From: Nitrospirota bacterium
GTDB lineage: Bacteria > Nitrospirota > UBA9217
Assembly (NCBI GenBank): GCA_963741205.1
Contig: CAVUHW010000044.1
Location: 1 to 18,585, forward strand
DNA: 18,585 nt
Reading direction: 5' to 3'
This document shows positions 1-7,118 of this stretch, in pieces (the first letter of the stretch is position 1; every line of letters starts with the position of its first letter). The notes beneath the pieces were generated by a model. It was not told the DNA's origin and ran no database searches. It saw only the letters and a list, made by a program, of their open reading frames with translations. A program made the position numbers and the translations under genes.

Positions 1-1050
1 TCATGGCTGCGACGAGCATGAGAGAGGCGGGATAGGCGAGCGAGGTCACGGCACGCGAGATCGTGACCTGGCCGTCCTCGAGCGGCTGGCGGAGCGCCTC
101 GAGCACGTTTCTTTTGAACTCCGAGAGCTCGTCCAGGAAGAGGACCCCGTTGTGCGACAGGCTCACCTCGCCCGGCTTCGGGACCTGTCCGCCGCCGATC
201 AGGCCCACGTCCGAAATGGTGTGGTGCGGGCTCCGAAACGGTCTTGTCGCGATGAGGGGCTGGCCCTGACGGAGAAGCCCCATGACGCTGTGGATCTTTG
301 TCGTCTCAATGGACTCGTCGAAGCTCATCTGTGGAAGGACGGAAGGAAGACGGCGTGCGAGCATGGTCTTGCCCGAGCCCGGAGGACCGAGCATGATGAT
401 GTTGTGGCCGCCGGCAGCGGCGACCTCGATGGCGCGCTTCGCATGCTCCTGCCCCTTACCTCGGAGAAGTCTTCCTGGTAGGCGGAGTAGGTCTAAAAGG
501 CGTCCCGGACATCGACGCGAACCGGCTCGACGGGAGCATGGCCAAGGAGGAACTCCACGACCTGCGGCAGGGTCCGCATGCCGAAGATCCTCACTGACTC
601 GACGACGGCCGCCTCCTGCGCGTTGTCGGCCGGCACCACCATGCCCCGGTATCCCGCCTTTTTCGCGAGTACGGCCATCGAGAGGGCGCCTCGAACCGTC
701 TTGACGCGGCCGTCGAGCGAAAGCTCGCCTACGATGAGGAAGCCGGATGCCTGTTCCTGAGTGATGATTCCCTCCGCGATCAGCATGCCGATCGCAATCG
801 GCAGGTCGAAGGCGGAGCCTTCCTTCTTGATGTCCGCGGGCGCGAGGTTCACGACCACCTGTTTCAGCGGGAAATCGAAACCCGTGTTCTTGAGCGCGGC
901 GCGCACGCGCTCCTTGCTATCTTTTACCGCGGCGTCGGGGAGTCCCACTGTAGCGAAGAAGGGAAGGCCCCTGCTCGCGACGTCTACTTCGACTTCTACA
1001 GGGTAGGCGTCGATACCCAGGACCGCAGAGCTGATGACTTTTGAAAGCAT
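1..1050 (-). pseudogene. comM: YifB/ComM family Mg-chelatase-like AAA+ ATPase, interrupted as sequenced; 3' end runs off the window
   Basis: N-terminus [71 protein letters not shown]. After TAG at 493-495 the frame continues [12 protein letters not shown]. After a 1-nt shift at ~456-458 it reads [69 protein letters not shown] (manual translation). Lesions may be sequencing errors. Confidence 0.9.
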
Positions 1051-1063
1051 AAGAATCCTTCGA

Positions 1064-1098
1064 TAGTTCTGAGTTCAGGGTTCACAGTTCATAGTTTC
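1064..1098. repeat. Degenerate 7-bp tandem repeat (5 units, core GTTC)
   Basis: tagttct-gagttca-gggttca-cagttca-tagtttc immediately upstream of comM. Confidence 0.65.
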
Positions 1099-1128
1099 AC
1101 GAGGCATGAATTCAAAAACAGAAGCGGT

Positions 1129-1224
1129 CTCTGCAAAGAGGCAAAGGACGAAAAGGAAATCTTTAAATTCTGGTTTTAAACCCGAAAGTTATGCCTTTCT
1201 TTGCGAGCTTTGAGTCTTTGCGAG
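1129..1224. repeat. Imperfect inverted repeat built from GCAAAG/CTTTGC units (REP-like intergenic element)
   Basis: Left arm ctctgcaaagaggcaaaggacgaaaag (1129-1155); right arm 1199-1224 reverse-complements to ctcgcaaagactcaaagctcgcaaag. Confidence 0.6.
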
Positions 1225-1252
1225 AAAATAGATTTTTTTATTTCAACAGTGG

Positions 1253-1440
1253 ATAGCAGAGAAAAGGAAGAATTGTAAACTGAAAGTGGCAGCGCAAACC
1301 GTGGTAAGGAAACTACTGCTCGAAGCGTGTTACGAAGGCACCGATGAACTTCATGTTCTTCACGTAATCGGCAAACAGGACCTCTTTGACCACGCCGCCG
1401 TTCGGAGTGCTCCATTGATTCTTGCTCCCAGCGGCATGGA
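1253..1440. repeat. Direct repeat copy 1 (188 bp): 3' fragment of the hydrolase gene plus downstream promoter region
   Basis: Manual alignment to 3234-3422 gives 12 substitutions and 1 indel (~93% identity). Confidence 0.97.
1313..1440 (-). pseudogene. Orphan 3' fragment (last ~41 codons) of the 3295-4902 hydrolase gene
   Basis: HAAGSKNQWSTPNGGVVKEVLFADYVKNMKFIGAFVTRFEQ* versus HAAGSKNQWGTPNGGVVKEVPFADYVRNMKFIGAFVTRFEQ* (3 aa differences); similarity stops abruptly at 1440. Confidence 0.9.
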
Positions 1441-1635
1441 GAGGGCATCCACAGAATGCTCTACCCATATATGACCCAATCCGTTCACTTAGCCATTCAT
1501 CCCGATGATTGAGGATGGAAACAGGAAATAGCCACGATATCATCAAATGGTTTTTCAACAAACCAAAATTTTCACAGAATCTGGAGCGACACTATGAGGA
1601 ACGGGTCGTACATACAGCACTAACCTTGAAGAATG

Positions 1636-3141
1636 TCAGCGTCTAACTTTAGTAAAAAGAATGCTGTCCGTATCCTCGTAGACAACATTCCAATCAGGAC
1701 TGTGCCGAAGGGAATCGACAGGAGGCATATTAGGGCTGAACAATACCAACTCATGAGCATAGGAATCAAGAAAGCCATTTTTTTTGCCGCTGATATAATC
1801 AAAATATTCGTTTGCCACATGATCCTGATAGACTGTTTCGTATCGGCCGTCCAACCCAACCTTCATATGTGGCCCGAGGTTCCAGATCAAGTATTCCCCC
1901 CATGCAAAGTTGGTCAAGATGTTGCCTGATGAATAGTGTTTCTTCACATATTCCAACGCCCCTGTCGGATAATACACGATCTGTCCTTTTTCTTGTGGCG
2001 GAATACTAAGTGTGAAAGAAGACGAGCCGAGAAAGACGCAGAAAAGGAAGATGAGGATAGCCATGAAGAAAGCAGCCATTCGTCTTGAGTCCACGAAAGC
2101 AACTGGCGCCTTTTCTTTTAGCCATATCCGGATATTTGCCAATAGCGTTTGCAGACCCTCAAAATAGCGCTGAGATGGTTCAGGCAGATACACAGCGACA
2201 AACATCATAAAGAACGCCTCGTGACGAACATGTTGTATGCCTAAAAGGAAGGTAACGGATAGGAGCAGTATGGAGGTAATCTCACGCCAGCGCGCCCAGA
2301 CTAGTATCCTCAATGACAGGATCCCAATAGACACATACCAAAAGATTTCGCCTAGGGAAATACTGTGTCTTACGTAAGCGGTAAAGATTGAAGCCCACTC
2401 GGTAATCTCGCTGCGAGGCAAGGTAACCGCATGGAATAGGTAAGTCCAATAGTTAACACCATACGGATTGATAAGAGTCGACAAAACCGTCAATAGGAAG
2501 ACCGAGAGGTAAGGCCACCATGTCCGGCGCGAAAAAGCTTCCCCTACGCTGTAAATAGCGATTATGCCAAGGCCTGCCAAGAAGCCGCCATGCAGATTGC
2601 ACCAGACTAGCTGGATAGGAACAAGAATAAGCAAGAAAAACCATTGTCTTTTCTGGCGCGACCTTTCCAAAAGAAAGAGCGTTACAGCAGTAAATAAATA
2701 CGTGAAGGTTTGTGCCCGAAGCACCGTACCGTATCCGACTTTCAATAATCCAGAAGCTAAAACAAGCCAAAATAGCGCGCTGGCGCGACTACTTTTCCGG
2801 ATGCGGGCTGCGAGATAGAGAAATCCCAGAGTAGCGAGAGCGACCAGATCCCTCAGGAGAACAAGCCCGAAGCCGCCGGTAAACTTGTAAATGGGATACA
2901 AGCCCACGCCTGTGAGCCACTCGTGGTATATCCATCGCTCGTGTGTCGGCAAATAGGTAAATATGTCCTGATAGGGAAAAGTCCTGGAATCCCAGAAAAG
3001 CCGCCCGAAGGTAAGGTAACCCCAAAGGTCGGGGTCGGCAACTGTCGATCTGTGTAGAAGAATCAACACGATCACAGATAGTGACAGTGGCACCCGCACC
3101 TGCTGAATGGAATATTTCTCTTCTAGCATCCAGACCCACAT
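1636..3141 (-). CDS. Uncharacterised polytopic membrane protein, putative GT-C-fold glycosyltransferase-like
   Basis: 501-aa ORF with many hydrophobic segments; acidic DPDLW motif right after the first TM helix, plus HEWL, LRAQ, WCNLHGGF, LINPYG, EITEW and a soluble C-terminal domain with WGEYL/DGRYETVY. Function is inferred; start could be 3129. Confidence 0.8.
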   Translation of the reverse strand: MWVWMLEEKYSIQQVRVPLSLSVIVLILLHRSTVADPDLWGYLTFGRLFWDSRTFPYQDIFTYLPTHERWIYHEWLTGVGLYPIYKFTGGFGLVLLRDLVALATLGFLYLAARIRKSSRASALFWLVLASGLLKVGYGTVLRAQTFTYLFTAVTLFLLERSRQKRQWFFLLILVPIQLVWCNLHGGFLAGLGIIAIYSVGEAFSRRTWWPYLSVFLLTVLSTLINPYGVNYWTYLFHAVTLPRSEITEWASIFTAYVRHSISLGEIFWYVSIGILSLRILVWARWREITSILLLSVTFLLGIQHVRHEAFFMMFVAVYLPEPSQRYFEGLQTLLANIRIWLKEKAPVAFVDSRRMAAFFMAILIFLFCVFLGSSSFTLSIPPQEKGQIVYYPTGALEYVKKHYSSGNILTNFAWGEYLIWNLGPHMKVGLDGRYETVYQDHVANEYFDYISGKKNGFLDSYAHELVLFSPNMPPVDSLRHSPDWNVVYEDTDSILFTKVRR

Positions 3142-3230
3142 TCACCATCTAGACGTTTTTTGTATGACCTAACTCCCTGTCCACGCTTGTTCTCCAGCGA
3201 TTTGACACGTGAGATCATGAATTTCGGCAG

Positions 3231-3260
3231 AGAATAGCAGAGAAAAGGAAGAATTGTCAA
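3231..3260 (-). promoter_or_regulatory. Sigma70-like promoter upstream of the membrane protein gene
   Basis: Minus strand TTGACA (3260-3255), 18-nt spacer ending TGc, TATTCT (3236-3231). Confidence 0.6.
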
Positions 3261-3422
3261 ACTGAAAGTGGCAGCGCAAACCGTGGCAAGGAAACTACTG
3301 CTCGAAGCGCGTTACGAAGGCGCCGATGAACTTCATGTTCCGCACATAATCGGCAAAGGGAACCTCTTTGACCACGCCGCCGTTCGGAGTGCCCCATTGG
3401 TTCTTGCTCCCCGCGGCATGGA
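3234..3422. repeat. Direct repeat copy 2 (189 bp)
   Basis: Matches 1253-1440; repeat period 1981 bp. Confidence 0.97.
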
Positions 3423-4902
3423 TGAGATAGGGGGTACCGGATTTGACCTGCACAATGGACAGGTGGGCCACGATCTCCTCGACAACGCGCTTTTTCGGGT
3501 CCTTGACCCAGTAGACGATGTCTCCATCCTGGAGTTTTTTCTGAAGCGCCTTGGACAGGAGGGCCTCTTTCGGCAGGATGTCCACCGTGTCCTTGCCCCG
3601 CGAGCCGGGGATAGTTTTTATCGCGCCGAGTTCGGCAGAAATGTTCTTCCCCCACTTGCCGCTCATGACCATGTCCTCGCCGTACTGGAACCGTTCATCG
3701 TAGTTAGTGACGAGGCCGTCCGCGAGCTTTCCCCGGGAGGTAAAGCGGAGATCGAGCGCCCGGTCGACGGCCTCGCCCGGCGTACCGCTTTGCGCAAGCT
3801 CTACGGAACGGAACGTATGGTACATGCAGTCGACTTTCTCGTCGGCTATGATGCGGTTCGTACGTACATAGAGTCCGAGCGCGTCGGTGTCGTAGGGGGT
3901 CCCGATGAAGCGGCCTGCCCAGTAGGCTATGCGTTTGCCGATTGGGAGTTGCATCACCCGCGCCTGCGCGAGGAGGATCTCGTCGGCGGCCATCTGGGCC
4001 GTGCGCTTGCTCTCGTCAGGGCCGGCGCCGAGAATCCGAAGGCAATATTGGAGTGAGTTGGCATGTCGCCGGTCGGCGACGCCGGCAAGCTGGACCTTGC
4101 CTTTTTTCGCAACCTGGAGGAACCGGCCGTCCCCTACGTAAAGGCCCCTGCCCTCCCCGGAGAAAACCAGGATGTCACCGGGATCGAGGTCTTTCTTCGA
4201 TATACGCGCTCCCTGTGCCTTGAGCTCCGAACGCTCTGTGTTAATCGTGATTCCGTGGACACGGTAGCTGACGGAGATGAGACCGTTCATATCGATGCCC
4301 TGGGCGGTCATTCCTCCCGCGAGATACGGGGCACCCTGGAAGCGCTTTGCCGTGTTCGCGATCTCCTCGGGCTTGGTCTCGTTCATGACCGGATCCGAAG
4401 ATTTCGCCGGCATCACATCGGCGCCGGTGATAATTGCGACGGACCTGTCCGGAAACTGGACCTTGAAACCATTCTTCGTTTTTTCGAGCACCGGAAGGCG
4501 CGTGCCGGCATAGAGGGGGACTTTATGATCGCCGGTCTTGTCAAGTATCAGCGCCTCGGACTTGGGCGCTACGATAATGATCCAGGGACGATCGGAGTTC
4601 AGATAGAATCGTCCCTTGTCCTTCGGAATCTGCACGGCTTCCTGCTGGATCCAGCCTTCCCGGTCACCCTGGTTCGGGATCGAGATCCTGTAGCGGTTGT
4701 CCTGCATTCCCAGGACGCGCACCACGTCTCCCATGAGCACTTGTGTCTCAAGCCGGGACTTGGGGAGCGGCTCTTCATGGACGTTGGCAAGCGGAGCGGA
4801 CACAATCCCGAGGCTGGCGTTCTGCGGAGGCTGGGCAAGGCCTACCATGGGAAAGAAAACGACGGAGGACCAGAAAATTATTATGGGGAGAAGTTTAGCC
4901 AT
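3295..4902 (-). CDS. Secreted cell-wall hydrolase: signal peptide, SH3-like region, degenerate NlpC/P60 domain, DUF1460-like (NlpC/P60-superfamily amidase) domain
   Basis: Hydrophobic N-terminus; YkfC-like ANVHEEP..ETQVLMGD..EGWI; AKRFQGAPYLAGG..GIDMNGL..LDPGDILVF..GLYVGDGRFLQ; then RFIGTPY..KVDCMY..LQDGDIV..AHLSIV..YLIHAA. Confidence 0.85.
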   Translation of the reverse strand: MAKLLPIIIFWSSVVFFPMVGLAQPPQNASLGIVSAPLANVHEEPLPKSRLETQVLMGDVVRVLGMQDNRYRISIPNQGDREGWIQQEAVQIPKDKGRFYLNSDRPWIIIVAPKSEALILDKTGDHKVPLYAGTRLPVLEKTKNGFKVQFPDRSVAIITGADVMPAKSSDPVMNETKPEEIANTAKRFQGAPYLAGGMTAQGIDMNGLISVSYRVHGITINTERSELKAQGARISKKDLDPGDILVFSGEGRGLYVGDGRFLQVAKKGKVQLAGVADRRHANSLQYCLRILGAGPDESKRTAQMAADEILLAQARVMQLPIGKRIAYWAGRFIGTPYDTDALGLYVRTNRIIADEKVDCMYHTFRSVELAQSGTPGEAVDRALDLRFTSRGKLADGLVTNYDERFQYGEDMVMSGKWGKNISAELGAIKTIPGSRGKDTVDILPKEALLSKALQKKLQDGDIVYWVKDPKKRVVEEIVAHLSIVQVKSGTPYLIHAAGSKNQWGTPNGGVVKEVPFADYVRNMKFIGAFVTRFEQ

Positions 4903-5036
4903 TAGATGAGTCAGGAAAACGGGATGGAATGCCGCGTGCCTGTGTCGAGTGTTCCGGTATAAACCCCGCTGGACAACACGTTATCCAACGTTCGCAGATA
5001 GTGGCTTTCTACCACAACCTCTAACTAAGGTAAAGA

Positions 5037-5121
5037 TGGTGCCGAAGGGGGGACTCGAACCCCCATGGGTTGCCCCACACGCCCCTCAAACGTGCGTGTC
5101 TACCAGTTCCACCACTTCGGC
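5037..5121 (-). tRNA. tRNA-Leu (anticodon GAG), CCA encoded
   Basis: Reverse complement GCCGAAGTGGTGGAACTGGTAGACACGCACGTTTGAGGGGCGTGTGGGGCAACCCATGGGGGTTCGAGTCCCCCCTTCGGCACCA: acceptor stem, long variable arm, GTTCGA T-loop, anticodon loop TTGAGGG. Confidence 0.97.
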
Positions 5122-5155
5122 ACTTGCAACAACCTAATTCGTTATAGCATGGGAA

Positions 5156-5185
5156 AAATCCGAAGCACGAAGTACTAAATCCTAA
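5156..5185. repeat. Degenerate 7-bp tandem repeat (4 units)
   Basis: aaatccg-aagcacg-aagtact-aaatcct between ilvE and the tRNA. Confidence 0.5.
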
Positions 5186-5196
5186 TAGGGAAACAA

Positions 5197-6138
5197 TTAT
5201 TTCTTCATCACCGGCTGTTTTGCATAAACCGGAGTTAGCCAGTCCGCATGCCTGCTGTCTCGTCCGTGAACAATATCGAAAAATACTGTCTGCAGCTCCT
5301 TGGTCACCGGCCCCGGCTTGCCCGATCCTATGGCGCGATTGTCCACTTCGCGGATCGGTGTGATCTCCGCCGCGGTGCCGGTAAAAAAGGCCTCGTCAGC
5401 GACATACAGTTCGTCCCGTGTGAACCGTTCTTCGGCAAGCCTCATGCCGCGCTCCGCCGCGAGCTGCATGACCGTATCCCGCGTAACGCCTTCCAGGATC
5501 GAGGTGAGCGGCGGGGTCTTGATCACGCCCTTGCGCACCATGAACACGTTCTCACCGCTGCCCTCGGCAACATACCCGTCGGTATCGAGCAGGATGGCCT
5601 CATCGTAACCGTCCTTGAGCGCCTCGCGCTTGGCTAAGAGCGAGTTCGCGTAATTCGCCGTGGCCTTGGCGCGGACCATAGTCGCGTTCACATGGGGCCG
5701 GGAAAACGACGAGATCTTCACGCGGATGCCGTTCTTAATGCCCTCGTCTCCGAGGTAGCTGCCCCAGGGCCATACCGCGATCGAAACCTCAACCGGGTTT
5801 TCCTTGGGAAAGACCCCCATGGCGCCGTAGCCGATGTGCGCGAGCGGCCTGATATAGCATGCGTCAATCTTGTTGACGCGGATCGTCTCCAGGATCGCCT
5901 CTGTCACGGCCTCCCGGGTGAAGGGCATCTCCAACTGCAGGATGTGCGCGGAATCGAAGAGCCGGTCAACGTGCTCCTGGAGCCGGAACACCGCAGAACC
6001 GGAATCGGCCTTGTAGCAGCGGATGCCTTCGAACACGGCGGTCCCGTAGTGGAGCGAATGAGTAAGGATGTGCACCCTGGCGTCGTCCCACTTGACGAAA
6101 GAGCCATTCATCCAGATCTTATCCGTTGCCTGAAGCAT
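5197..6138 (-). CDS. ilvE: Branched-chain amino acid aminotransferase
   Basis: [66 protein letters not shown] (PLP class IV). Start placed at the second ATG (6138) because ATG 6147 overlaps the predicted -10 box. Confidence 0.97.
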   Translation of the reverse strand: MLQATDKIWMNGSFVKWDDARVHILTHSLHYGTAVFEGIRCYKADSGSAVFRLQEHVDRLFDSAHILQLEMPFTREAVTEAILETIRVNKIDACYIRPLAHIGYGAMGVFPKENPVEVSIAVWPWGSYLGDEGIKNGIRVKISSFSRPHVNATMVRAKATANYANSLLAKREALKDGYDEAILLDTDGYVAEGSGENVFMVRKGVIKTPPLTSILEGVTRDTVMQLAAERGMRLAEERFTRDELYVADEAFFTGTAAEITPIREVDNRAIGSGKPGPVTKELQTVFFDIVHGRDSRHADWLTPVYAKQPVMKK

Positions 6139-6146
6139 AGACGACA

Positions 6147-6175
6147 TTTATAACAGCCTATATTTGAATTGTCAA
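6147..6175 (-). promoter_or_regulatory. Sigma70-like promoter of ilvE
   Basis: Minus strand TTGACA (6175-6170), 17-nt spacer ending TGt, TATAAA (6152-6147). Confidence 0.7.
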
Positions 6176-6911
6176 CCGTTTTTTCCGCACTGATTGCCGA
6201 TTACATATGCCGAAACGAGGGACGCGGAGGTATGTATTTAAGGATTTTGGGTCGCATAAATGGATGTGCTGCAGTGTTTGAATATAGTAAAAAAACGTAC
6301 CTATTCATACTGTTTCTTTTTTACGAAACACTTAACGCTCCGATTGAACGGCGCATCCCGCCAGATCCCCTACGCATGATCTTGGATCAGGATCCGAAGA
6401 GCTTCTCCCTGTAATGATTAAATCGGAGGGAAACCGTTCTAAATTTGTTAATCGTCAGGCACGAGGAATGATGATGTCGATGAACACGAAAAAGCTCGCC
6501 ATCAATATCCCGACATCCCCTGCAGCCGGATGCCGGGTTGCTTACCTGGAGGCAAAGGAAAAAGAGCTCAACTATTCCGGATATTCATTCATGAGAATAG
6601 AAATAGACTTATCGTTACTATCAAAACTTGTCACTGTTGATAACAAAATTTGTCACCAAATAAGCTGAGGCCAGCAAATCGTCATATCCAGAGTTCTGGC
6701 CAATCATACAATCCTAACAGTAGGGAGATTGCCAGTCTGCGACACACTTTTGCAGAAAAGGTCAGAACACTGCACGAAGTTTGCGTAAAAGCCGCTTGTC
6801 AAACCTGGAAAACCATATATAAAGAGTGCCCCCCGGGTGCACTTGTACCAAAATGTATCCAAAGTACACAAAATATTTTGTTTTTCACATTAATTTATAT
6901 CGAGTTAGATA

Positions 6912-6987
6912 AACTGGTTCCAAAAGAAACAGTGCAAAAAATTAAATAATGTGAAAAATGTTATGAACTGGTTCCAAAAGAAACAGT
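6912..6987. promoter_or_regulatory. Twin identical 22-bp quasi-palindromic repeats, candidate activator (bEBP) binding sites
   Basis: AACTGGTTCCAAAAGAAACAGT at 6912-6933 and 6966-6987, 54-bp period, upstream of a sigma54 motif. Confidence 0.7.
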
Positions 6988-7047
6988 CCTGATCATGGCA
7001 CGGATGCATAATTGCGCAAGTTATTGTAATAATGAGTTTTTTTATAA

Positions 7048-7063
7048 TGGCATCGTACTTGCT
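7048..7063 (+). promoter_or_regulatory. Sigma54 (-24/-12) promoter
   Basis: TGGCATCGTACTTGCT: GG-N10-GC, close to consensus TGGCAC-N5-TTGCW. Confidence 0.8.
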
Positions 7064-7118
7064 TTCTAAGGTAAACATAAATGCATGGTTTTTGTGTACC
7101 CGGAGGAAGCTTGTGTCG

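Noticed and set aside
493-495. Programmed TAG readthrough or recoding in comM
   Set aside because: TAG serves as a normal stop in other genes here (hydrolase, cpaB, tadG, tadB), and a separate frameshift follows ~35 nt later.
1253-3422. Diversity-generating retroelement TR/VR pair (repeat of a gene's 3' end)
   Set aside because: Mismatches are not adenine-specific on either strand (T/C, A/G, G/A, C/G, T/G, A/C all occur), several are synonymous, and no reverse transcriptase or Avd-like gene is in the window.
3268-4905. Long plus-strand ORFs 3268-4056 and 4063-4905, and similar antisense ORFs over ilvE and the tad genes
   Set aside because: Shadow ORFs opposite well-supported GC-rich genes, with no independent protein features.
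5037-5121. tRNA-Leu as the attachment site of an integrated island
   Set aside because: No second copy of the tRNA 3' end and no integrase were found in the window.
6169-6949. Short ORFs 6169-6414, 6414-6668 and 6650-6949
   Set aside because: No recognisable motifs, AT-rich, and overlapping predicted regulatory sites. A decayed gene near 6460-6580 cannot be excluded but could not be identified.
6912-6987. Mini CRISPR array (22-bp repeats, 32-bp spacer)
   Set aside because: Only two short repeats and no cas genes; the position upstream of a sigma54 motif is better explained by activator sites.
6996-7015. Second sigma54 promoter starting TGGCACGG
   Set aside because: No GC at the required 10-nt spacing after GG.
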